From Dehalococcoidia bacterium (GTDB taxonomy: Bacteria > Chloroflexota > Dehalococcoidia > Dehalococcoidales > UBA1222), in NCBI GenBank assembly GCA_009779255.1, contig WREQ01000004.1, forward strand, positions 1-53,768: a DNA stretch of 53,768 bases. Reading direction: 5' to 3'. Position numbers and translations under genes: made by a program. The stretch's first letter is position 1. The number at the start of each line of letters is the position of its first letter. The notes under the pieces were generated by a model. That model searched no databases, had not been told where the DNA came from, and saw only the letters and a program-made list of their open reading frames with translations. Shown one piece after another: positions 39,402 to 48,678 of this stretch.

Positions 39402-39427
39402 GGTCGGATATTTACGGAGAATAGAGC
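39402..39427 (-). repeat. Islet-boundary motif, copy 3 (26 bp)
   Basis: GGTCGGATATTTACGGAGAATAGAGC, the exact reverse complement of 29816-29841. Confidence 0.92.
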
Positions 39428-39505
39428 GATTATCCAGTGCTGTAATCTTGCTGAATCTTTTGCTTAGGTTGAGGTTTGGATGGCTAGGTCTTTGTTAATA
39501 GGCAT
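39428..39505 (-). pseudogene. 5' stub of a duplicate ABC ATPase gene
   Basis: MPINKDLAIQT-(1-bp deletion)-NLSKRFSKITALDN matches the start of 41396-42346 and stops at the 26-bp motif. Confidence 0.85.
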
Positions 39506-39522
39506 CGTTGAAGTATTCCTTT

Positions 39523-40074
39523 TTAGTTATGTTCCTTATGCCACTCAAACTCATATACCATTGAGCTGTCTTCAAAATACATGTAGCCGTAGCCTTTGAA
39601 CTCGATTCTAGTGACGGTTAGTCTGTACTTGCAGGCTTTAGCATATGTATCCGGTCCGATTTGGTTAGAAAATCTTAAAGGTCCCACATTGTATGAAAAT
39701 ACCTTGCTCTCGCCGGGTTTTATTGTCGGAGGCCAGATTTTAGTACGCCAGCAGGAATGAGTATTAAATGGCATTTCGCTAACTTTTCCCGTCAGCAAAT
39801 TAATGGGAGCCTCATAAGGCCACCAATCATGTTCATTCTCCATCCAATAAGACCTTGCGTATGCAAAATAAATAAGATGAATTCCTTTGTTGGTATTATT
39901 TGTTATGGTGAAATCAAGCAGTACTCTATCCTCAACCCACTTCATTTCTCCTGTTACACTTACTGGGTCTCCCTCAAATTCAGGAGCGCTATCATCCGAT
40001 GAACATGACACACTAGCCAAGACGCTCGATGTCAGCAAGAGCGCGCAAAAGATGACAGATAATACTTTTTTCAT
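39523..40074 (-). CDS. Putative lipoprotein, family B (near-duplicate of 42364-42912)
   Basis: Signal peptide ending ASVSC; EGDPVSVTG..W, ITNNTNKGI, IEFKGYG. Confidence 0.82.
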   Translation of the reverse strand: MKKVLSVIFCALLLTSSVLASVSCSSDDSAPEFEGDPVSVTGEMKWVEDRVLLDFTITNNTNKGIHLIYFAYARSYWMENEHDWWPYEAPINLLTGKVSEMPFNTHSCWRTKIWPPTIKPGESKVFSYNVGPLRFSNQIGPDTYAKACKYRLTVTRIEFKGYGYMYFEDSSMVYEFEWHKEHN

Positions 40075-40081
40075 GACATAC

Positions 40082-40624
40082 CTACCTATAGCTTTCGCAT
40101 TCTATCTCTATGGGATTATCAAGTACGAATATGCCATAGCCATCGAATTCAATTTCTAAAATAGCAAAATTGCATCTAACTGCTGTCGCATACGTATCAG
40201 GCCCGTCTTGATTGCGGTAAATTGCGGATGTAACTAGCAAAGAATACTTTTTGCTGCCATAAGCCTTTATTGGCGGGCCTTTCAACAGCTTTTCAAACCA
40301 TTTCCCCGCCCAATCAAGATTAGCTTTTGAAAGCGGCATGTCTTGCCATCCAAGATCGTTTAGGCTATTCGTAATTATTACGGAACTAGCCCGTTCAAAC
40401 CCAAGGGAGTTAATCCCCTTATTTGTATTATTGGTAACTTCTATATCAAGAAAAACACCCCACTCCTCACCCCATCTCAAACTCCCTGTAATACTGATGG
40501 GTTCTCCTTCATATTGAGGAGGGCTATCATCACTGCCGCATGAAGCAACAGTTCCGACGACAATGATTACTAGAGCCGCAGTAAGAACAGTTAACAGCGC
40601 TCTTTTCACGGTTTCCTGGCGCAT
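40082..40624 (-). CDS. Putative lipoprotein, family B
   Basis: Lipobox VASC; EGEPISITGSLRW, VTNNTNKGI, GPDTYA, IEFDGYG. Confidence 0.82.
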   Translation of the reverse strand: MRQETVKRALLTVLTAALVIIVVGTVASCGSDDSPPQYEGEPISITGSLRWGEEWGVFLDIEVTNNTNKGINSLGFERASSVIITNSLNDLGWQDMPLSKANLDWAGKWFEKLLKGPPIKAYGSKKYSLLVTSAIYRNQDGPDTYATAVRCNFAILEIEFDGYGIFVLDNPIEIECESYR

Positions 40625-40626
40625 CC

Positions 40627-41394
40627 TTATAACTCCTTTTTTCTAATAAGCGCTACGGAGCTGCCGATGAGAGCGGGAATCAGGCCAATGTTCAGGTAAA
40701 ATGAAAACCAGTAAGGGGCATTCATTTCGTTAGCCTGGAACCTTCCCGGAATAAACTGCTCCAAGCTCCATCTGAGAATTTCGGATGGCATATATTCCTT
40801 GATGCCATTGGTATAAGAAAACCCGTAAATGGCTATCAGTAAAACAACCGCTATGCCGCCTGCCAGTACGTTGTTGTTAAACACGCTCGAGAGGAAGATT
40901 GTTAAGGCTACAGCGAAAGCCGTATAAAGCAAAAGGAAACCAAGACACTGGAAGAACATCGCAGAGCTGACTGGGGCAGGGTCATACAGGTTGGTGATAC
41001 TCAGCGCATAGACAAAACAGAGTGAAAAGCCTGCTATAACAGCCACGGCGAAAAGCAGATATGATACGGCAAACTTGCTGAGAATGTAAGCACCCCGGCC
41101 AACGGGCTTGACTAATATCGCCGCTGCTAAGCCATCTTTAACTTCTCTGGCCACCGTGCTCATCAAAGCAAATGGTATCAATATGGCTATGACATAGGCA
41201 TAGTATTCGACAAAATTAAAGAGCATATGGCTGGACCTAAGCGGGAATATCAACGGGTCGCCGCGATGGGTGGCATCAGCATAGAATGGAACAAATGCCC
41301 CAAGAATAATGATGCTCGCCAGAATGAGAATAAGCTTGCGCGTTTTCCAGTTTTCAATAAACTCTTTTTGCAGTAAAACGAAGAACTTTTGCAT
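40627..41394 (-). CDS. ABC-2-type exporter permease
   Basis: LLQKEFIENWKT, REVKDG...LVKPVGRGAYILSK, six TM helices, terminal RKKEL. Confidence 0.9.
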   Translation of the reverse strand: MQKFFVLLQKEFIENWKTRKLILILASIIILGAFVPFYADATHRGDPLIFPLRSSHMLFNFVEYYAYVIAILIPFALMSTVAREVKDGLAAAILVKPVGRGAYILSKFAVSYLLFAVAVIAGFSLCFVYALSITNLYDPAPVSSAMFFQCLGFLLLYTAFAVALTIFLSSVFNNNVLAGGIAVVLLIAIYGFSYTNGIKEYMPSEILRWSLEQFIPGRFQANEMNAPYWFSFYLNIGLIPALIGSSVALIRKKEL

Positions 41395-41395
41395 T

Positions 41396-42346
41396 TTACT
41401 TTGCCCCCGCCAGTTTAATAAAGATGTCCTCTAAGGATGGTAACGTAGTGACGTAATTGATAATAGTGAAGTTCTGCTGAATTATCAGTTTGGGCAAGTT
41501 ATCTCTGGCGGCTATCGGGTCTTTAAGATAGATGACCAACTCCGGCACACCCCGCTCATTCTGTTTAGCAATAACATCAGAGCACCACCCCTGCATCTTA
41601 ATCAATGCGACTAATGGTGTTGGTTCTTCCAATGTGTTGACAGTAATACAGTTTTGGGAGAACTGCTGTTTGAGTTCTTGTATACTGGCGGAGGTTATCA
41701 ACCTTCCGTGGTCTATGATGCCTACCTTGTCACTGACTCTCTCAACATCGGACAGAATATGTGTTGAAAGAAAGACAGTAGCTTTTTCCTTAATGCCTTT
41801 AATAATGTCCAATACATCGGCTCGGCCTAACGGATCCATGGCTGAAACCGGCTCATCCAGAAATAACACTTTAGGGTTGCCCATCATGGCAGCAGCCAAC
41901 CCCAAGCGCTGCTTCATACCGCGGGAATAGCCGTTGGCTTTACGGTGAGCGGCTTCTTTAACGCCTGTCAGCTCCAAGAGAGGCCAAGCCCTATTAAGCG
42001 CGGCTTTATTGTCTAAGCCGAAGAGTTTGCCGCAAAGAACAAGATAATCCAAGCCGCTCATATAGCCGAAGAAGTTGGGTACGTCAGGCAGGTAACCTAT
42101 GATCTGACGGCTTTCCGCTTGGCGTCTGGCACAGCTAAATCCATGGATGTAGGCGTTACCGTTGCTTGGACGGGAGAGCCCCAGCATTAAACGGATAGCA
42201 GTGGTTTTGCCGCTGCCGTTAGGGCCTAAAAAGCCGTAAATGGAATGAGATTCTATTTCAAGATTTAAGCTGTCTAAAGCTGTAATCTTGCCGAATCTCT
42301 TGCTTAGATTTACGGTTTGGATTGCTAGGTCTTTGTTAATAGGCAT
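41396..42346 (-). CDS. ABC exporter ATP-binding protein
   Basis: Walker A GPNGSGKTT, signature YSRGMKQR, Walker B LFLDEP, STHIL, SLEDIF. Confidence 0.95.
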   Translation of the reverse strand: MPINKDLAIQTVNLSKRFGKITALDSLNLEIESHSIYGFLGPNGSGKTTAIRLMLGLSRPSNGNAYIHGFSCARRQAESRQIIGYLPDVPNFFGYMSGLDYLVLCGKLFGLDNKAALNRAWPLLELTGVKEAAHRKANGYSRGMKQRLGLAAAMMGNPKVLFLDEPVSAMDPLGRADVLDIIKGIKEKATVFLSTHILSDVERVSDKVGIIDHGRLITSASIQELKQQFSQNCITVNTLEEPTPLVALIKMQGWCSDVIAKQNERGVPELVIYLKDPIAARDNLPKLIIQQNFTIINYVTTLPSLEDIFIKLAGAK

Positions 42347-42363
42347 AGTTGAAGTATTCCTTT

Positions 42364-42912
42364 TTAGTTATGTTCCTTATGCCATTCGAACTCATATACC
42401 ATCGAACTGTCTTCAAAATACATGTAGCCGTAGCCTTTGAACTCAATTTTAGTGACGGTTAGTCTGTACTTGCAGGCTACTGCATACCAATCTGGTCCGA
42501 TTTGGCTGCTAAATCCCAAAGACCCCACATTATATGAAAACGCCTTGCTCTCGCCGGGTTTTATTGTCGGAGGCCAGATTTTAGTACGCCAGCAGGAATG
42601 AGTATTAAATGGCATTTCGCTTCTAGATGTGTAGGGCTGCCAACCTTGTATGTAATCTGATATGTAAGAGTTCTCCTCAGGATATATAGCTCGCTCCATT
42701 GCAAAATAAATAATATGAATTCCCTTGTTGGTATTATTTGTTATGGTAAAATCAAGCAGTACTCTATCCTCAACCCACTTCATTTCTCCTGTTACACTGA
42801 CTGGGTCTCCATCAAATTCAGGAGCGCTATTATCAGACGAACATGACACACTAGCCAAGACGCTCGATGTCAGCAAGAGCGCGCAAAAGATGCTAGACAA
42901 TACTTTTTTCAT
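42364..42912 (-). CDS. Putative lipoprotein, family B (near-duplicate of 39523-40074)
   Basis: MKKVLSSIFCALLLTSSVLASVSC; same framework as 39523-40074. Confidence 0.82.
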   Translation of the reverse strand: MKKVLSSIFCALLLTSSVLASVSCSSDNSAPEFDGDPVSVTGEMKWVEDRVLLDFTITNNTNKGIHIIYFAMERAIYPEENSYISDYIQGWQPYTSRSEMPFNTHSCWRTKIWPPTIKPGESKAFSYNVGSLGFSSQIGPDWYAVACKYRLTVTKIEFKGYGYMYFEDSSMVYEFEWHKEHN

Positions 42913-42962
42913 AATACCCACATCGTACCTGTGTATACGAAAGTATCAGAAACCTGTGAAGG

Positions 42963-43475
42963 CTAATTCATATATCCTTCGAAATTGAATTCCATCTGCC
43001 CGGAGTCAAAAGTCATTACGCCATAGCCTTTGAAATCAATTTGCGTGATGTAAAAAACACATTTATACGCTGTGGAGTAAGAAATATAAGCACCTGAATT
43101 ATCGGCTGATGAACCAATCTTGTCGGAAAAAGTTTGGCTACTATTCGCTTCAATTGGTGCTTTCTTTAGGTTGTCAAGCCAGTTTGAAGAAAATTTGCCG
43201 ACGTTGGGGCTATAATTTGAGGCTTGTCGCCACTCTTCAGAATAGTCTACTTGGCGAACGGTTTCTCCGCTTGTCCTAATGTTCATTATTCCATTATTGG
43301 TATTGTTTGTAACAACAACATCGAGATATACCCATTCACCCTCCCATCTTAGACTTCCCGTCATGCTGACTGGATCACCTTCAAACTGAGGGATGCTCTT
43401 ATCACACGCAGACAGTCCCGCCATGCAAGTAGATAGCATAACAACAGCACAAAGTACCCATAATGTTTTTCTCAT
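42963..43475 (-). CDS. Putative lipoprotein, family B
   Basis: Lipobox LSAC; EGDPVSMTGSLRW, VTNNTNNGI, IDFKGYG. GAGGTG SD before ATG 43475. Confidence 0.82.
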   Translation of the reverse strand: MRKTLWVLCAVVMLSTCMAGLSACDKSIPQFEGDPVSMTGSLRWEGEWVYLDVVVTNNTNNGIMNIRTSGETVRQVDYSEEWRQASNYSPNVGKFSSNWLDNLKKAPIEANSSQTFSDKIGSSADNSGAYISYSTAYKCVFYITQIDFKGYGVMTFDSGQMEFNFEGYMN

Positions 43476-43490
43476 ATTACACCTCACAAT

Positions 43491-43940
43491 TTAATACATG
43501 CGGCGATAGTACCATGCCAAAAATACACGAACCGCGACGACAAACAATAGAGAGGCAAAAAGTGCAAAAAACACCGGGGGATTTTGCACGCCTACAGCGA
43601 GTGTAGCTATAGCCTGCCCAAATATGACAATATCCATTCCAAAAGAACCAGTTTTTTGTTTGATGAATAAGTTGCGTTCATCTGTTTCAGCTATTTGCAA
43701 CTTGTTAAGCCGGCCAGGGTCGCGAAGTACCAACATATTTTTGATAATGAAATAGATCAAAATTGCAACGAGAACTACGAATAGTCCGAATTGAAACAAA
43801 GCTGCCTGCCATACAAATGGGGTACTATCATAATTATAACGCCCTGCTATGGATAGGTATATTGCAACACCGAGCGTGATGACTAATCCTACCGCAAGTA
43901 ATAACACCCTATCTACTATCTGTTTTCTAAAATTGTCCAC
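43491..43940 (-). CDS. Four-TM membrane protein with a DER motif (DUF2178-like)
   Basis: Hydrophobic helices around ETDERNLFIKQK; this type commonly partners short XRE regulators. Confidence 0.7.
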   Translation of the reverse strand: MDNFRKQIVDRVLLLAVGLVITLGVAIYLSIAGRYNYDSTPFVWQAALFQFGLFVVLVAILIYFIIKNMLVLRDPGRLNKLQIAETDERNLFIKQKTGSFGMDIVIFGQAIATLAVGVQNPPVFFALFASLLFVVAVRVFLAWYYRRMY

Positions 43941-44145
43941 TTACTATCTCCACATCAGAGAAATCAAAAACTTCTTCAATTGTCTTGCCGAAAGCCTTTG
44001 CAATCTTATAGGCAAGCGGTAGTGATGCCGTATACTTCCCTATCTCAATGGAGGTTATGGTCTGCCGTGTCACGCCGACAGCCATTGCCAACTCCTCTTG
44101 AGAGAGTCTGTGCTGTTTCCGTAGCTCTGGAATTATAGTTTTCAT
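43927..44145 (-). CDS. Short XRE-family HTH regulator
   Basis: ELRKQHRLSQEELAMAVGVTRQTITSIEIGKYTASLPLAYKIAKAF..IEEVF. Confidence 0.93.
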   Translation of the reverse strand: MKTIIPELRKQHRLSQEELAMAVGVTRQTITSIEIGKYTASLPLAYKIAKAFGKTIEEVFDFSDVEIVSGQF

Positions 44146-44183
44146 TTCGTAATATCTGGAACGCAGATTGCCTTGCGATATTA

Positions 44184-44222
44184 GTAAAGCATGCTTTGCA
44201 AAAATTGTCAAGTATACTTTGC
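44184..44222 (-). promoter_or_regulatory. Two palindromic operator boxes overlapping the XRE operon promoter
   Basis: GTAAAGCATGCTTTGC (44184-44199) and GTCAAGTATACTTTGC (44207-44222); minus-strand TTGACA at 44211-44206. Confidence 0.7.
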
Positions 44223-44224
44223 CG

Positions 44225-44373
44225 ACGGCAATGCTGAATGAACACGGGCAGATATTTACATGGACTTTATCGGCGCGTTTGAAGTACCAGCCGGGATTAT
44301 CACGCCGATGGAGTTAACGGAACAAAAGCGTATTCAAGAAGAACAAGCGGCGATGGCGAAGCGGCACGCTTGA
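44225..44373 (+). pseudogene. Possible remnant of a TnpX-like serine recombinase C-terminus (DUF4368-like)
   Basis: TAMLNE, then in a shifted frame ADIYMDFIGAFEVP..ITPMELTEQKRIQEEQ. Recognised from memory of this family; unverified. Confidence 0.45.
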
Positions 44374-44398
44374 CAATAACCGGCATATCAGGGATAAT
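44370..44398 (+). promoter_or_regulatory. rpsP promoter
   Basis: TTGACA-17 nt-GATAAT, followed by an AAAGGA SD. Confidence 0.7.
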
Positions 44399-44426
44399 CA
44401 GCGGTTAGAAAGGAATTATTCTATTC

Positions 44427-44696
44427 ATGGTAAAAATCAAGCTTCGCCGGCTGGGCGCTCCCAAAAAACCATGCTACCGCATTGTGGTAGCCGACTCTCG
44501 CACCTCAAGGAACGGGGCGGTCATCAGCATTATCGGCCGCTACGATCCGCTGACCAACCCTGAAACAGTGGTTATAGAGGAAGGCCAGGCCATTGACTGG
44601 CTGAAAAAGGGCGCACAGCCTACAGCTACCGTTGCCAGACTCCTGACCAAAACCGGGGTCATGGATAAGTTAAAAGCCGCAAAGGAGACCAAATGA
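44427..44696 (+). CDS. rpsP: 30S ribosomal protein S16
   Basis: MVKIKLRRLG.PKKPCYRIVVADSR, GRYDP, WLKKGAQPT. Confidence 0.97.
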   Translation: MVKIKLRRLGAPKKPCYRIVVADSRTSRNGAVISIIGRYDPLTNPETVVIEEGQAIDWLKKGAQPTATVARLLTKTGVMDKLKAAKETK

Positions 44697-44923
44697 AGGA
44701 CCTCATTGAGTACATCGCCAAGTCACTGGTCAACACTCCCGACGACGTAGTGGTCACAGAGGAAACCGACCCCGAGAACGGCACCCTCCTCAAGCTGAAG
44801 GTAGCCGAAGAAGACAAGGGACGCATAATCGGCAAGCAGGGCCGCATTGCCCAGGCCATGCGCACGCTGATTCGCGTCAAAGCCGCCAAAGCCGGCACCA
44901 AGGCCAGTCTCGAAATCCTTTAG
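44693..44923 (+). CDS. khpA: KH-domain RNA-binding protein
   Basis: LIEYIAKSLV..PD, DKGRIIGKQGRIAQAMRT; lies between rpsP and rimM. Confidence 0.92.
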   Translation: MKDLIEYIAKSLVNTPDDVVVTEETDPENGTLLKLKVAEEDKGRIIGKQGRIAQAMRTLIRVKAAKAGTKASLEIL

Positions 44924-44937
44924 TATTTCATTATCCA

Positions 44938-44987
44938 AGACACCCCGTCAGGCTCAACTCCATTTGAGTGCGGGGTGTTTTGTGTTT
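44938..44987 (+). terminator. Terminator/attenuator-like hairpin between khpA and rimM
   Basis: AGACACCCCG...CGGGGTGTTT stem with an inner CTCAA/TTGAG stem, followed by a T-rich tail. Confidence 0.55.
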
Positions 44988-44998
44988 AAGGCGGTATA

Positions 44999-45529
44999 AT
45001 GGCAGACAAGCAGCCCAAAGCACCTGTTTCGCACCAACCCACTGAATTCGTCGATGTTGGGGAGATTCTTGGCGCTTGGGGACTCAAGGGAGCCTTCCGT
45101 GTACGCTCGCTTACCGATTTTCCCGAACGCTTCAACCCCGGCGAGGTGGTCTACATTCAGGGTGCGCCACACACCATCCTGACCTCCGCGTGGCAGAAAG
45201 ACGGCGCCATCATCAGCATCAATGGCATTGATACCCAGGAGGACGCCGCCAGGCTGCACCGCAAGATGTTGAAAATCCCTGAATCAAGCCTCAAAAAACT
45301 GCCAGCCGGCACCTACTATCAGTTTCAAATCATCGGGCTGGAGGTCGACACTATCGACGGGGTGAAACTGGGAAAGATTACGGACATCCTCAACTGCGGC
45401 AACGATGTCTACGTAATCAAAGGCGAGAGCAGGGAAATCCTTATCCCCGCCACCAGAGACGTCATCAAAAGCATCGACCTGGATAAAGGCTCTATGGTTA
45501 TAGAGCCGATAGAGGGGCTGCTCGACTGA
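44999..45529 (+). CDS. rimM: Ribosome maturation factor RimM
   Basis: VGEILGAWGLKG, TDFPERF, YYQFQIIGLEV, GNDVYVI, ILIPA, IEGLLD. Confidence 0.94.
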   Translation: MADKQPKAPVSHQPTEFVDVGEILGAWGLKGAFRVRSLTDFPERFNPGEVVYIQGAPHTILTSAWQKDGAIISINGIDTQEDAARLHRKMLKIPESSLKKLPAGTYYQFQIIGLEVDTIDGVKLGKITDILNCGNDVYVIKGESREILIPATRDVIKSIDLDKGSMVIEPIEGLLD

Positions 45530-45609
45530 AATTCAGGACTGTATTTGGAAACCAGCAGGGTGATAAATCCGGTATTTAACCGCCGGAATTTTATTCAGGA
45601 GGTATTTAT

Positions 45610-45849
45610 ATGCCAAACTACGGACTCATCGTACAGACAATCGACGTCAAGCCAGGCATGGAAGACGCCACCGCCAACGAAATGAGCGAAGGGATGGCGG
45701 TCAACCTGAACAAGGCGTTGCAGGGCGCCGTCAGGGGAGTGAACAACCTGCCGGGCGGCGGCAGTGGGGAAATACTGTCGCACAACATTACGCGCATCGG
45801 CAGGCATCTGGTGGTATCGTTCCTGTTCAAAAAAGCGACTAGCGATTAG
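45610..45849 (+). CDS. Small hypothetical protein
   Basis: Strong CAGGAGGT SD, 79 aa, plausible composition. Confidence 0.65.
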   Translation: MPNYGLIVQTIDVKPGMEDATANEMSEGMAVNLNKALQGAVRGVNNLPGGGSGEILSHNITRIGRHLVVSFLFKKATSD

Positions 45850-45878
45850 CTACCGGCTTTCTCCCCTTCTCTCCCCAT

Positions 45879-45962
45879 GTCATTCCGGCTAAAGCCGCAA
45901 TCCAGCGATGAGGTGACTGGATAAATGTCATCATTCTGGATTGTGAGCCAAGTCTGCAATGA
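45879..45962. repeat. REP-like palindromic element (GTCATT...CAATCCAG / CTGGATTG...AATGA)
   Basis: Left arm GTCATTCCGGCTAAAGCCGCAATCCAG, right arm CTGGATTGTGAGCCAAGTCTGCAATGA; related to 11770-11850. Confidence 0.65.
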
Positions 45963-46014
45963 AAAAGAGAAAATAAAAGAGGGGAGTAGCTTCTTCTTTT
46001 ATTTTTAGCGCCCG

Positions 46015-46587
46015 TCAGGCAATCGTCTCGAACAGTGAGAGCAATAACGCTTGTAAATCAGCGCTGAATGATCCCTCGTATATCGCCTTATCGGTTTCGA
46101 ACCATATGCTCGTCCCGCTATTGAATCTGATTTGCGAGCCGTCATTCAGCTCGAATACCAGAATGTAGCCGATAGCGTAAGGTATCGTAACCTGCACAGT
46201 TGTGGTTACGCCGTTATCAACTACAGTCGCAAACTTGCCCGTAGTACGCTGCAAACTGGACTCGGCAAGACACCGCTTTATCAGCAGTAGATTCGAATCA
46301 TTTTCTGAAAGAGTAACCGACCGCGATGAAGCGCTGTAATTGTAAATCGTCAGTTTCGTTGTATGCTGAATTTGTTCGACGGCTACGCTAAAAGACTGCA
46401 CGGGCGCGTTTGCCGTAGCACTTGAGGAACAGCCACTGGATGCAACCATAGCAAAAACCAATGCACCGATGACCATAGTGGCGGCGATGCGAGCGGATGA
46501 GATACGACCACGTTTGAAACCTGTACACCTCATAACTGCACTGTAACGCTTCATCATGGCATACAAACCTGCATTACGAGTTATCAC
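46015..46587 (-). CDS. Hypothetical lipoprotein/secreted protein
   Basis: Hydrophobic stretch ending SSGC, then a Ser/Thr-rich domain; has its own promoter; start uncertain. Confidence 0.65.
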   Translation of the reverse strand: MITRNAGLYAMMKRYSAVMRCTGFKRGRISSARIAATMVIGALVFAMVASSGCSSSATANAPVQSFSVAVEQIQHTTKLTIYNYSASSRSVTLSENDSNLLLIKRCLAESSLQRTTGKFATVVDNGVTTTVQVTIPYAIGYILVFELNDGSQIRFNSGTSIWFETDKAIYEGSFSADLQALLLSLFETIA

Positions 46588-46607
46588 CTCACCCCATACA
46601 TAATTAC

Positions 46608-46635
46608 ATTATAGCGCTCCACCACGGCATGTCAA
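46608..46635 (-). promoter_or_regulatory. Consensus sigma70 promoter
   Basis: Minus strand TTGACA-16 nt-TATAAT. Confidence 0.7.
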
Positions 46636-46726
46636 GAGTCCAAAATGACCGGTTGGATGGATTTTGGTTGTTATGTCTGCAAACGAATTTGGAGGCGCTC
46701 CACCACGAGGTATTTACTCCACGAGA

Positions 46727-46770
46727 GAAAAAAGAAGGGACTGTCTCATTCGATTGACAGTCCCTTTTCT
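46727..46770 (-). terminator. Rho-independent terminator of the atp operon
   Basis: Minus strand AAGGGACTGTC-10 nt-GACAGTCCCTT followed by CTTTTTT, about 20 nt after the atpC stop. Confidence 0.85.
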
Positions 46771-46790
46771 ATAAAAAGTGTGCCGCAAAA

Positions 46791-47210
46791 CTATACTTGG
46801 CGTTCCTTGCGGCGGCGCGCCACTTTGAGGCGGAGGAGGGCGCGCTGCAAAGCAGCTTCAGCGGCCAATTGAGACTCGGCTCCCATGGGAGCTTCAGCAC
46901 GAGACTTCTCGGCGCGCTGGCGGGCTTCCTCCGCCCTGGCAAGGTCAATTTCCTCGGCGCGCTCGGCGGTATCGGCCAGCACGATGACGTGATCCGGCCG
47001 CACTTCCAGAAAGCCGCCGGAAACAGCGAGCAAAACCTCAGTGCCAGCCTGTTTGACCAGCAGTTCGCCGGGTTTAAGCATGGTCATCAACGGGGCATGC
47101 TGCGGCAGTATGCCCAACTCGCCGTCGATGCCGGGGGCGATGATTGCATCAACATCCTCGGAGTAGACCATGCGTTCCGCGGTTACAATATCCAGTTTCA
47201 GTTTAGCCAT
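46791..47210 (-). CDS. atpC: ATP synthase F1 epsilon subunit
   Basis: [35 protein letters not shown]. Confidence 0.96.
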   Translation of the reverse strand: MAKLKLDIVTAERMVYSEDVDAIIAPGIDGELGILPQHAPLMTMLKPGELLVKQAGTEVLLAVSGGFLEVRPDHVIVLADTAERAEEIDLARAEEARQRAEKSRAEAPMGAESQLAAEAALQRALLRLKVARRRKERQV

Positions 47211-47260
47211 TATGTTAGCTTTCAGCTTTCAGTTTCCGGATTCACCGGGTTGACTGCTAT

Positions 47261-48652
<1,392 letters not shown>

Positions 48653-48678
48653 TTACCTCCCAAATAGGGTTCAGTTTT

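Noticed and set aside
29816-39427. A 9.6-kb transposon bounded by the inverted 26-bp motifs
   Set aside because: The enclosed DNA is core (recO, recR, dnaX, prfB), with no transposase and no target duplication seen. An inversion cannot be excluded.
44251-44259. GATATTTAC as a fourth copy of the boundary motif
   Set aside because: Only 9 bp match, in the wrong orientation for a right edge, and explained by the Asp-Ile-Tyr codons of the recombinase-like remnant.
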